From Alphaproteobacteria bacterium (GTDB lineage: Bacteria; Myxococcota_A; UBA796; UBA2385): DNA of 47,587 nt. Below the pieces are notes generated by a model. That model had not been told where the DNA came from and searched no databases. It worked only from the letters and a program-made list of their open reading frames with translations. Shown one piece after another: positions 9,090-17,066 of the stretch. The stretch spans positions 1 through 47,587 of the forward strand of contig JBEIQK010000001.1 of the NCBI GenBank assembly GCA_040376505.1. Direction: 5' to 3'. How positions within the stretch are numbered: position 1 is the first letter of the stretch; every line of letters starts with the position of its first letter. Position numbers and translations under genes: made by a program.

Positions 9090-9638
9090 TCAATTCTTGC
9101 CGGTGGGCAAGGGTACCACGGTCACTCCCGCGGGTGCACCGGACAGCTCACCGCCCATGACGTAACAGATGGCGCCCGGGGTCGAGGCCACCGCAGACAG
9201 AACCTCGGCGGTCGCCCCCAGGACCCGCGGCGCCATGGCGACCCCGGAGAGCTCGATGCCTTGCCAGTGCTGGGCGTAGCCCATGGTGTCGTAGCCAAGC
9301 GCCTTGTCGAGGAAGCGGTCGGCGACGATGGAGCCGGGCGCCCGCTGAAAAGGGACCACGCTCAGGCCGCGCTCCCAGGAGGTCTGGTTGCCCAGGTAGA
9401 TCGCCTTGATGCGGCTGCGGGTGAGCGCGTCGGCAGGAACACCGGTGTGCACGAGGAGGTACAGGTTGTCGGCCACATAGGCGGGGGCCGCAGGCGGAGC
9501 GGGCTCCGGCGCAGGGGCCGGGGCCGGCGTGGCGCCAGGGTCCTCGGCCTGAGCACCCCGGGCCCCGGCGGCGAGGCCAATGACCGCCGCTGCAAGGAGC
9601 CCGCGACGAGACAGCGAGGAAGAGGGGTCGGCGCTCAC
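9090..9638 (-). CDS. small periplasmic PstS-like (PBP_like_2) substrate-binding-domain protein with Tat-type signal
   Basis: SRRGLLAAAVIGLAAGARGAQA signal, Pro/Ala linker, then IKAIYLGNQTSW ... VVPFQRAPGS ... AICYV, which is typical of the short phosphate-binding-like domain family. The start overlaps the stop of the upstream porin-like gene by 4 nt. Confidence 0.55.
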   Translation of the reverse strand: MSADPSSSLSRRGLLAAAVIGLAAGARGAQAEDPGATPAPAPAPEPAPPAAPAYVADNLYLLVHTGVPADALTRSRIKAIYLGNQTSWERGLSVVPFQRAPGSIVADRFLDKALGYDTMGYAQHWQGIELSGVAMAPRVLGATAEVLSAVASTPGAICYVMGGELSGAPAGVTVVPLPTGKN

Positions 9639-11047
9639 CGGGCATTTCCTCCCATCTGCCAGTAGTACGAAGCCGAGACATGCAGCTCAGAGTAGGGGAC
9701 CATCTCATCGCTGATGGTCTGGAAGTGGGTGGAACCATCCACCTTGAAGGCGACGGTGGTGGTGGGCTTGACCATCAGACCCACCATGCCCTTGTAGAAC
9801 TTTCCATCATCGGCGAGCCCGGCTTCGTTGTCGCCGCCGAGATCCTTGTTGGCGATGGTCTCGGGGTTGCTGTAGTAGTCAAACTGGGCATAGGGCGTGA
9901 ATTCCCAGGGGCGGCCGTTCTTGGCCAGGTCGGCGTGGAGGGAGACGCCGAGGCGCAGGTAGAAGGCCTCCACCGTGTAGTTCACGTCCAGCGGCAGCTC
10001 GTCGGCGCTGGTGGCGGTGTCGAAGCCGAAGCGCTCGCGCTGCGCGGCGTTGAGGCCCAGCGCCGGATCGAAGAGCTGCAGCACCTTGTCGGGGTCGCGC
10101 CGCCCGCTGTGGGGGCTGCGCCAGTACTCGCCTTGCAGGAGGTAGGCGTCGCCCTTGACCTGCATGTAGCCGCCGTAGACGTAGTATTCGTCGTACTCCA
10201 TCCAGGGCAGCACCCCGCCGAGTGGCGAGCCCTCGCCCATCTCCACGGTGGGCACGGCCTTGCCATTGGTGGTGTAGAACGAGGTGCCCACGGTGAACTG
10301 GTTGTCGAAGAGGGCGTTGAAGTCGAGCCCCAGCGGCACCTGGTTGCTCTCGCGCTCGTCGTTGCCGGTGGTGATCGCGTAGCGCAGCGCCACGCCGCCC
10401 GGATTGACCTTGCCGTGCAGCATCAGGTTGGTGCTGCGGGTGAGGATCAGGTGGTCGTCGTCGAGCATCTCGGGATCGGTGGTGCCGATGAAGCTCACGG
10501 TGGCGTCGAGCATCTCGTTGTAGATGCCGAAGCGGCGGTACATCTTGCCGGCGCTCACCTTGAGGTACTCACCGGCGATCGGGGCCTCCACCATCGCGCC
10601 GCGGACCAGCAGGGGCGCGTCGGCGGTGGGGCTGCCCGATCCCGGGGAGGCGAGGTTGAAGTAGTAGCGGTACTTCCGCGCCAGGGCCCCCTGGCCCATC
10701 ACGTTGAAGTTGACGACGTCGAACTCCCCGGGGTTGGGCTCCACCACCGGATCACCCTCTTCGGAGACCGCCGGCGACCGGCCAACCTTCTCATAGAAGG
10801 AGTTGATGTAGCCATACAGCTTGAAAGGCTGCTCAAAGGAAGTGCTGGTGGTGTAGGCCTGCGGCGCAGGGGGCGCAGGCGGCGTGGGAAGCGCGGTGGA
10901 CACCACCTCCTGCGCATAGGCGGGCGCAGCCAGGACGGTCAACAGAGCCCCAGAGACGAGGCACTGACCTGGAGACAAGGGGCGACAAAGCGGGGGTCGC
11001 AAGCGGTCTGGCATGTACACAGCTCCGAACGGGTGCGCAGCAGGCAT
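9635..11047 (-). CDS. putative outer-membrane beta-barrel / porin-like protein
   Basis: 470-aa ORF (alternative ATG at 11014). Signal peptide ends AAPAYA-QE. The Gly/Tyr/Asn-rich alternating pattern is typical of beta-barrels. Co-oriented and translationally coupled with the PstS-like gene. Confidence 0.55.
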   Translation of the reverse strand: MPAAHPFGAVYMPDRLRPPLCRPLSPGQCLVSGALLTVLAAPAYAQEVVSTALPTPPAPPAPQAYTTSTSFEQPFKLYGYINSFYEKVGRSPAVSEEGDPVVEPNPGEFDVVNFNVMGQGALARKYRYYFNLASPGSGSPTADAPLLVRGAMVEAPIAGEYLKVSAGKMYRRFGIYNEMLDATVSFIGTTDPEMLDDDHLILTRSTNLMLHGKVNPGGVALRYAITTGNDERESNQVPLGLDFNALFDNQFTVGTSFYTTNGKAVPTVEMGEGSPLGGVLPWMEYDEYYVYGGYMQVKGDAYLLQGEYWRSPHSGRRDPDKVLQLFDPALGLNAAQRERFGFDTATSADELPLDVNYTVEAFYLRLGVSLHADLAKNGRPWEFTPYAQFDYYSNPETIANKDLGGDNEAGLADDGKFYKGMVGLMVKPTTTVAFKVDGSTHFQTISDEMVPYSELHVSASYYWQMGGNAR

Positions 11048-11085
11048 CAGCAGTGAAGGATGAGCGCGGAGAGTGGAACGGCGCT

Positions 11086-11115
11086 TTCATAGAATGGCAT
11101 CAAACAGACAGTCAA
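11086..11115 (-). promoter_or_regulatory. candidate sigma-70-type promoter for the porin-like operon
   Basis: On the minus strand: TTGACT (11115-11110), an 18-nt spacer, then TATGAA (11091-11086). It lies in a locally AT-richer patch about 40 nt upstream of the 11047 start. Pattern match only. Confidence 0.25.
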
Positions 11116-11174
11116 GCCCACCGCTTCGCCACTTTCAATGCGGCACTTCTACAACCCCCCCATCATCGACATTC

Positions 11175-12890
11175 TCAGCGAACCGATCTCCGCCATGCCG
11201 TGGCCTGATCGAGAAGATCCGCCGCCGCTTGTCTTGCGCCAGCCGTCACAACCACCCCACCCAGCATGCGAGCCAGCTCCTCCACCCTGGCCTCGCCGTC
11301 GGGCAGACGCACCACCCCGCTGTGGGTGCGCCCCTCCCGCACCTGCTTCTCCACCCGCAGGTGTCGATCGCCCCAGGCCGCGACCTGGGGGAGGTGGGTG
11401 ATGCAGAGGGCCTGCCCCGGCTGCGCCACCTGCCAGAGCTTGCGGCCGATCACCTCGGCCACCGCCCCGCCCACGCCGGTGTCGACCTCGTCGAAGACGT
11501 AGAGCCCGACGGGCCCGAGGCCGGCCAGCACCTGCTTTAACGCCAGCAGGGCCCGCGACAGCTCGCCGCCGCTGGCCACCTGGCGCAGGGGTCGCGGCTG
11601 CTCGCCGGGGTTGGGCGCGATGAGGAACTCGACCTGATCGACCCCCAAGGCGGTGAGGCGCGCCCCGTCGACCTCGACGTCGCCCTTGCCCCCCAGGGCG
11701 GCCACCGAGACCTCCACCCGCGCCCCGCCCATGCCCAGGGTCTGCAGCTCGGCGGTGATGCCGGCGCCAAGCTGATCGGCCACCTCCCGCCGACGGGCGG
11801 AGAGGGCGCGGGCGCTCTGGGCGGCCTGCCCGCGCAGCCGCTCGATCTCCTCGCCCAGGGCCTCGATCCGGGCGCCATTGTCGGAGAGGGCCAGCAGCTC
11901 GGTCTCGGCCCCCTGGCGCCAGGCCAGCAGCTCATCGAGGGTGGGGCCAAAGCGCCGCAGCAGGCGCTTGAGCGCGGCCTGGCGTTCGTCGATCTCGGTG
12001 AGCCGGCGCGGATCATCGGGGAAGGACCGCGCGGCCCGCTGCAGGTCGCGGGCCACCTCGATGAGGTCGAGGCGGGCGGAGTGGATCCGACCGGCCAGCT
12101 CGGCGAAGGAGGCCTCCACCGCAGCGCCTTCGCGCAGCTCGCTCTCCAAGAGGCTGAGGCGATCGCAGAGCGCGCCCCGACCGCCCTGCAAGGCCCGCTC
12201 GCCGCCCGACGCGATCTCAGCGAGGCGCCCGGCGTGGCGCAGCCGATCGCCCTCTTCGCGCAGGGCCTCGTCTTCGCCGGCTTTGGGGTTGAGCTTGCGC
12301 ACCTCTTCGAGCTGAAAGCGCAAGAAGTCCTCGCGCTCGGCCCGGCTGCGCTCGGCCAGCTCGGCCGACCGCCGGGCGGCGATGGCGGCGGAGAGCCCCT
12401 GGTGCTGGGCCGCCATCGTCTCGCGCAGGCCGCCGAGGCCCGCCGCCGCGTCGAGGTAGTGGATGTACTCGCCGGCGTCGACGAGGCTGTGGTGCTGGTG
12501 CTGGCTGGAGATGTCGACGAGGCCGGCCGAGAGCCGCACGAGCTGCTCGGCCGAGGTGAGCCGACCGTTGACATAGGCCCGGCTGCGCCCGCTGGCGGTG
12601 ACCACCCGACGGATCACCAGCTCATCGGCGGGCTCCAGGCCGTCGGCGCGCAGGCGCTCGGCCACGCGCGGGTTGTCGGAGACCTCGAAGAGGGCCTCGA
12701 CCTCGGCGGCCTCGGCCCCGCTGCGCACCAGCTCGGGCCGCGCTTTGCCCCCCAGCACCAGTTTGAGCGCGCCCACGAGGATCGACTTGCCCGCCCCGGT
12801 CTCCCCCGTCAGCACGTTCAGCCCGGGCCCCAACTCCAGCTCCAGGCTGTCGATGATGGCGAGCTGATCGATTCGGAGCACACTGAGCAT
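11175..12890 (-). CDS. recN: DNA repair protein RecN
   Basis: Internal ATG at 12890 gives MLSVLRIDQLAIIDSLELELGPGLNVLTGETGAGKSILVGAL (Walker A). Long coiled-coil middle. C-terminal SGGELSRALLALK signature and LYVFDEVDTGVGG Walker B. Confidence 0.9.
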   Translation of the reverse strand: MLSVLRIDQLAIIDSLELELGPGLNVLTGETGAGKSILVGALKLVLGGKARPELVRSGAEAAEVEALFEVSDNPRVAERLRADGLEPADELVIRRVVTASGRSRAYVNGRLTSAEQLVRLSAGLVDISSQHQHHSLVDAGEYIHYLDAAAGLGGLRETMAAQHQGLSAAIAARRSAELAERSRAEREDFLRFQLEEVRKLNPKAGEDEALREEGDRLRHAGRLAEIASGGERALQGGRGALCDRLSLLESELREGAAVEASFAELAGRIHSARLDLIEVARDLQRAARSFPDDPRRLTEIDERQAALKRLLRRFGPTLDELLAWRQGAETELLALSDNGARIEALGEEIERLRGQAAQSARALSARRREVADQLGAGITAELQTLGMGGARVEVSVAALGGKGDVEVDGARLTALGVDQVEFLIAPNPGEQPRPLRQVASGGELSRALLALKQVLAGLGPVGLYVFDEVDTGVGGAVAEVIGRKLWQVAQPGQALCITHLPQVAAWGDRHLRVEKQVREGRTHSGVVRLPDGEARVEELARMLGGVVVTAGARQAAADLLDQATAWRRSVR

Positions 12891-12948
12891 GGGTCCCTTC
12901 CGAGGCGGCCGCCCTGTATCGGCGACGGCGGGCCAGGGCCAGCACAGC

Positions 12949-12963
12949 GGACATTTGTTGTCC
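12949..12963. promoter_or_regulatory. inverted repeat GGACA-N5-TGTCC upstream of recN (candidate operator)
   Basis: GGACATTTGTTGTCC lies 59-73 nt upstream of the recN ATG, in the only AT-richer patch of this intergenic region. No known consensus is claimed. Confidence 0.2.
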
Positions 12964-13071
12964 GAATCACCTTCACCCCCGATCGCCCCTGTGAGCAGGT
13001 CGAGGACCCCCTGTGGACAGGTCAAGCCTTACCCATAGACTTGTGCTCAGCCTATGGAAAAGTCTCTCGCC

Positions 13072-13758
13072 TCAGCCCGGCGGCTTGCGGTCGCGGGTGC
13101 GCCAGTCCAGCTCCAGCAGGTTGATGATGCTGCGCAGCGCCCGGGCGTTGGCGCTGTCCGCCAGCGGATCTTCGGTGAACGACAGCCCATAGAGCGGCGG
13201 CTCGGCGCGCCGGAGCACCGCCTCTTGGGAGGTCGCCTTGTTCTGCATGGAGAGCTCGACCTGCAAGGCGTCGCCCACACCCAGCAGGCCGAGCCCATCA
13301 TCCCGCAGGCTCAGCATCAGGCCGCCCACCGAGAGGTCGCGCAGCTCGGCGGCGGCGAGGCGCCGGGCGCCGCGCCCCACCCGCACCTGCACGAGGCTGG
13401 GATCCTCGATCGGCACGCGCACATGGGCCCGCCGATCGCTGGCGTGGATCTCCTGGGGCAGCTCCACGCGCAGGTGCGCCCAGTCGGGGCGGGTGTCGGT
13501 GGTGTCGATCGCGCGCACCGCCGTGGCGAAGGCGTAGGTGCGGGCGCCGCGGTTGAAGACAATTGTCAGCAGCTTGCCCGCCATCAGGGGATTCCGGCTG
13601 GAGAAGCCAACCAGGTCGATCAGAAGCAGCTCTCCGTCAAGACCCCGCATCATCCCCGATCGAATCTCGCCCGTGGGAATGTCGATTGACAACACCCGCA
13701 GACCCTCCTGAACCGCAGCTCGAATCAACTCTTTTGCGCCATTGCCGAAGACACTCAT
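13072..13758 (-). CDS. YcgR-like PilZ-domain c-di-GMP receptor
   Basis: Internal ATG at 13758 (MSVFGNGAKEL). PilZN-like N-terminal half, then the PilZ signatures RRAHVRV (RxxxR) and DLSVGGL (D/NxSxxG). Confidence 0.75.
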   Translation of the reverse strand: MSVFGNGAKELIRAAVQEGLRVLSIDIPTGEIRSGMMRGLDGELLLIDLVGFSSRNPLMAGKLLTIVFNRGARTYAFATAVRAIDTTDTRPDWAHLRVELPQEIHASDRRAHVRVPIEDPSLVQVRVGRGARRLAAAELRDLSVGGLMLSLRDDGLGLLGVGDALQVELSMQNKATSQEAVLRRAEPPLYGLSFTEDPLADSANARALRSIINLLELDWRTRDRKPPG

Positions 13759-13906
13759 CGCCGCTCCAAGACGAGGCAAGTTTGCCCCTCCCCTATCCAT
13801 CGGCCGCCAAGGGCCCGCCTCAACGCCCGGTTTGCAGGACCGATGGAGCCAGCGCGCCGAACCCTCGCTGCCCACCGCCAGCGCGGTCCGCCGCCCAGGT
13901 CCACCC

Positions 13907-14464
13907 ATGTTCGAGACCGAGTCCGAAATCGACGATCCCGAGCTTCTCGAGCTGCTCGGCGAGTTCCTCCAGGAAGCCCGCGAGGGCATCGCTGAAGTCG
14001 AGCCGGTGCTGCTCGACCTCGAGCGCTCCGGGGCCCAGAACACCGTCGAGGTGGCCAACCGGGCCTTCCGCTTCTTTCATTCCCTCAAGGGAACAGCCGC
14101 TTTTCTCGGCCTGGAGCATGTCTGCCGCGTCACCCACGCCGCCGAATCGCTGCTCGGCCGCTATCGGGATGGCTCCTCGGGTCCGCTGGGCGTGGCCGAG
14201 GTGCAGTTGATGCTAAACGCCGTCGATGTGATCCGCATCATGCTCGATCAGGTGGAGATCGATCGCACGGACGCGGGCACGGCCACCGCGGTGGACCGCC
14301 TCGTGACGCGACTGACCGCCGCGGTGGAGCAGAGCGGCGTGAAGCCCCCCCCCGGTCGCGGTCTTCAGCCCGCCGCCGGCCCTCGAAGAAGAGGCCGCCG
14401 GCCCTGCCGCCGCCCCGATGAGCCCGCCGCCCGCCCCGGCGCACCCGATCGACGAGCACGATGA
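13907..14464 (+). CDS. cheA: CheA N-terminal HPt (P1) fragment; frame is lost after 14353
   Basis: ATG at 13907 gives MFETESEIDDPELLELLGEFLQEA ... FRFFHSLKGTAAFLG (HPt phospho-His motif). After KPPP at 14342-14353 the translation turns into Arg/Pro junk until the stop at 14464. Confidence 0.7.
   Translation: MFETESEIDDPELLELLGEFLQEAREGIAEVEPVLLDLERSGAQNTVEVANRAFRFFHSLKGTAAFLGLEHVCRVTHAAESLLGRYRDGSSGPLGVAEVQLMLNAVDVIRIMLDQVEIDRTDAGTATAVDRLVTRLTAAVEQSGVKPPPGRGLQPAAGPRRRGRRPCRRPDEPAARPGAPDRRAR
14345..14353 (+). repeat. C9 homopolymer at the cheA frame break
   Basis: gaag-ccccccccc-ggtc read directly from the sequence. Removing one C joins the HPt frame to the P3-P5 frame. Confidence 0.9.
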
Positions 14465-15692
14465 GCCCGCCACCGCCGCCAACCGCAGCCAGGGCACCAA
14501 CCAGGCCAGCAGCCTGCGGGTGGACGTGGGCAAGCTCGACCAGCTCATGAACCTCGTCGGCGAGCTGATCATCGCCGAGACGATGGTGACACGGAGCCCC
14601 GATGTGCAGGGCGTGGGCTTCACCGGCTTTCAGAAGTCCAGCCTGCACCTGCGACGGGTGACCCGGGCGCTCCAGGATGTGGCGATGTCCCTGCGAATGG
14701 TGCCGATCGGCGCCACCTTTCGCAAGATGATGCGCCTCGTGCGCGACGTCTCGGCCCGCCTCGACAAGAAGGTAGCCCTGCACATCGAAGGCGAGGACAC
14801 CGAGGTCGACAAGACCGTCGCCGAGCAGATCTCCGACCCCTTGGTACACCTGCTGCGCAACGCGCTCGACCATGGCATCGAGATGCCCGACGCCCGCGCC
14901 GCCAGCGGCAAGCCCCCCGAGGCCACCCTGCGCCTCACCGCCGCCCACCGGGCCGGCGAGGTCTGGATCACCGTCGAAGACGATGGCCGCGGGCTCAACC
15001 GCGAGCGCATCCTGGCCAAGGGGATCGAGCGCGGCCTCGTCGATCCCGACCGCGGCGAGCTGTCCGACAGCGAGGTCTTCGATCTGCTCTTTCAGCCCGG
15101 CTTCTCCACCGCCGCCGCCGTCACCGAGCTGTCGGGGCGCGGGGTTGGGCTCGACGTGGTGCGCAAGAACGTGGAGTCGATGCGCGGCCGGGTCGAGGTC
15201 ACCACCCGGCCGGGCCAGGGCACCACCTTCATCATCCGCATCCCGCTCACCCTGGCGATCTTCGACGGCATGATCGTGCGCGTCGGCGAAGTGCTCTACA
15301 CAATCCCCCTGCGGTCGATGCGCGAGTCGATTCGCCCCGATCGCCGCGCCCTGGTGCAGCTCCCCGACGGCGCCGAGCTGATCCGGGTGCGCCAGCGCCA
15401 CTTCCCCGTGCTGCGCCTTCACCGCATGCACGGGGTGCCGGGCGCCGTCGAGGACCCCTGTCTGGGCATCTTGCTGATGGTCGAAGACGGTGACCAGACT
15501 GCCTGCATCCTGGTCGACGAGGTGATGGGCCAGCAGCAGACCGTGGTGAAGGGCCTGCCGGCCGGCGTCAACACCGGGGCGGGCATCACCGGCTGCACCA
15601 TCATGGGCAACGGCGAGATCAGCTTCATCGTCGATGTCGGCTCGATGCTCGCCGCCACCCGTGCCCGCCCCACCGCCGTGGCGGTTGCCTGA
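14418..15692 (+). CDS. cheA: CheA C-terminal part (P3 dimerisation, P4 HATPase, P5 CheW-like)
   Basis: SLRVDVGKLDQLMNLVGELII, HLLRNALDHGIE (N box), DDGRGL (G1), GRGVGLDVV (G2), then a CheW-like domain. This frame is open from 14343, immediately after the TGA at 14340-14342. Confidence 0.85.
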   Translation: MSPPPAPAHPIDEHDEPATAANRSQGTNQASSLRVDVGKLDQLMNLVGELIIAETMVTRSPDVQGVGFTGFQKSSLHLRRVTRALQDVAMSLRMVPIGATFRKMMRLVRDVSARLDKKVALHIEGEDTEVDKTVAEQISDPLVHLLRNALDHGIEMPDARAASGKPPEATLRLTAAHRAGEVWITVEDDGRGLNRERILAKGIERGLVDPDRGELSDSEVFDLLFQPGFSTAAAVTELSGRGVGLDVVRKNVESMRGRVEVTTRPGQGTTFIIRIPLTLAIFDGMIVRVGEVLYTIPLRSMRESIRPDRRALVQLPDGAELIRVRQRHFPVLRLHRMHGVPGAVEDPCLGILLMVEDGDQTACILVDEVMGQQQTVVKGLPAGVNTGAGITGCTIMGNGEISFIVDVGSMLAATRARPTAVAVA

Positions 15693-15716
15693 ACCCCCTC
15701 TTTGCTTGAGGCCTCC

Positions 15717-16202
15717 ATGAGTGACGTCCACGCCGAGTCCGCCGAGAACCACCACGCCAGCCGCAAGTTCCTGACCTTCCTGGTGGATGCCGTCTCCTAC
15801 GCGGTGCACATCCGTCATGTGGTCGAGATCATCGGCATGCAGCACATCACGCCCCTCCCAGGGGCCCCGCCCCACATCCGCGGCGTGATCATCCTGCGCG
15901 GGGCGGTCATCCCGGTGATGGACCTACACGCCCGCTTTGGCTTGCCCCCCTTCGCCTACAACGACCGCACCTGCATCGTCGTCGTCGAGGTCGACCACAT
16001 CAAAGAGGGGCTCATCGTCGACACGGTGAGCGAGGTGCTCGACATGCCGCTCTCCAACGTGGAGAGCACGCCGGAGATGGGCCGCGATCCGGGCACAACC
16101 CTGGTGGAGGTGATCGGCAAGGTCGGCGATGAGGTTCGTCTCATCCTGGACATTCGCCGTGTGCTGGGCATCGCGCCGGCCCCCGTCCGCGCCGCCGCCT
16201 GA
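15717..16202 (+). CDS. cheW: chemotaxis coupling protein CheW
   Basis: KFLTFLVDAVSYAVHIRHVVEIIGMQHITPLPGAPPHIRGVIILRGAVIPVMDL is a typical CheW core. ATG at 15717 (the track's TTG at 15702 is also possible). Confidence 0.85.
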   Translation: MSDVHAESAENHHASRKFLTFLVDAVSYAVHIRHVVEIIGMQHITPLPGAPPHIRGVIILRGAVIPVMDLHARFGLPPFAYNDRTCIVVVEVDHIKEGLIVDTVSEVLDMPLSNVESTPEMGRDPGTTLVEVIGKVGDEVRLILDIRRVLGIAPAPVRAAA

Positions 16203-16220
16203 TTCCCCCCGGGAGCTGTA

Positions 16221-17066
16221 TTGGCTGATCTGCTTGCCCAGGCCCTGCCCCCCGACTTCGTCGCCCTGCGCGCCGTGGTCGAGAAGCTGACCGGCATCGA
16301 CCTCGCCGACGATCGGGTGGCCCTGGTGGAGGGGCGCCTGCGGCCCATCATGCGCGAGCACCGCTTTCGCAACTACCACGACCTGCTGCGGATCATCCAG
16401 ACCCCTGGCAACGAGGCGCTGACGCGCGAGCTCATCGACCGGCTCACCACAAACCACACCCACTTTCACCGAGAGCCGCGCCACTACGAGATCCTCACCC
16501 AGCAGGTCATCCCCGAGATCAGCGCCGCCGCCATCCACCGGGGCGACCGCGACCTGCGCGTCTGGTGCGCCGCCGCCAGCTTTGGCCAGGAGCCCTACGA
16601 GCTGTGCATGACGCTGATGCACACGCTGGGGAATGACTACAACACCTTTTCGGCCGGCGTGCTGGCCACCGACATCTCGGTGCGCGCCCTGGAGACGGCC
16701 CGCACCGGCATCTACCCCGAGGCCGACTGCGTCAAGCTCCCAGCTCAACTGCGCATCGCCTACCTCGATCCCCTGCCGGGCGGCCGCTACGCCATCCAGG
16801 AGCGGGTGAAGAAGGAGGTCATGTTTCGGCGCTTCAACCTGCAGCAGCCCAGCTACCCCTTCAAGAAGGGCTTTGACGTCATCTTCTGCCGCAACGTGCT
16901 GATCTACTTCAGCCCCGACACCCAGCAGCGGGTGCTCAATCGACTGATCAGCGCCCTGCGTCCGGGCGGGTATCTGTTCATCGGTCACGCCGAGTCACCG
17001 GGCTCCGCCCGCAGCCGGCTGGAGAACGCCGGGCCGTCGGTCTTCCGGCGTCCGGAGGGGAGATGA
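16221..17066 (+). CDS. cheR: chemotaxis protein methyltransferase CheR
   Basis: TNHTHFHRE, LRVWCAAASFGQEPYEL, DVIFCRNVLIYF and GGYLFIGHAE motifs. TTG start. Confidence 0.85.
   Translation: MADLLAQALPPDFVALRAVVEKLTGIDLADDRVALVEGRLRPIMREHRFRNYHDLLRIIQTPGNEALTRELIDRLTTNHTHFHREPRHYEILTQQVIPEISAAAIHRGDRDLRVWCAAASFGQEPYELCMTLMHTLGNDYNTFSAGVLATDISVRALETARTGIYPEADCVKLPAQLRIAYLDPLPGGRYAIQERVKKEVMFRRFNLQQPSYPFKKGFDVIFCRNVLIYFSPDTQQRVLNRLISALRPGGYLFIGHAESPGSARSRLENAGPSVFRRPEGR

Noticed and set aside
9680-11056. 458-aa plus-strand ORF
   Set aside because: It is antisense to the porin-like gene, with no motifs and a G/V/A/H-rich shadow composition.
13759-13906. Possible sigma-54 (-24/-12) promoter in the PilZ/cheA divergent region
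   Set aside because: GG and GC elements (GGCAAGTTTGC, and TTGCA at about 13830) do not have the required 12-nt register.
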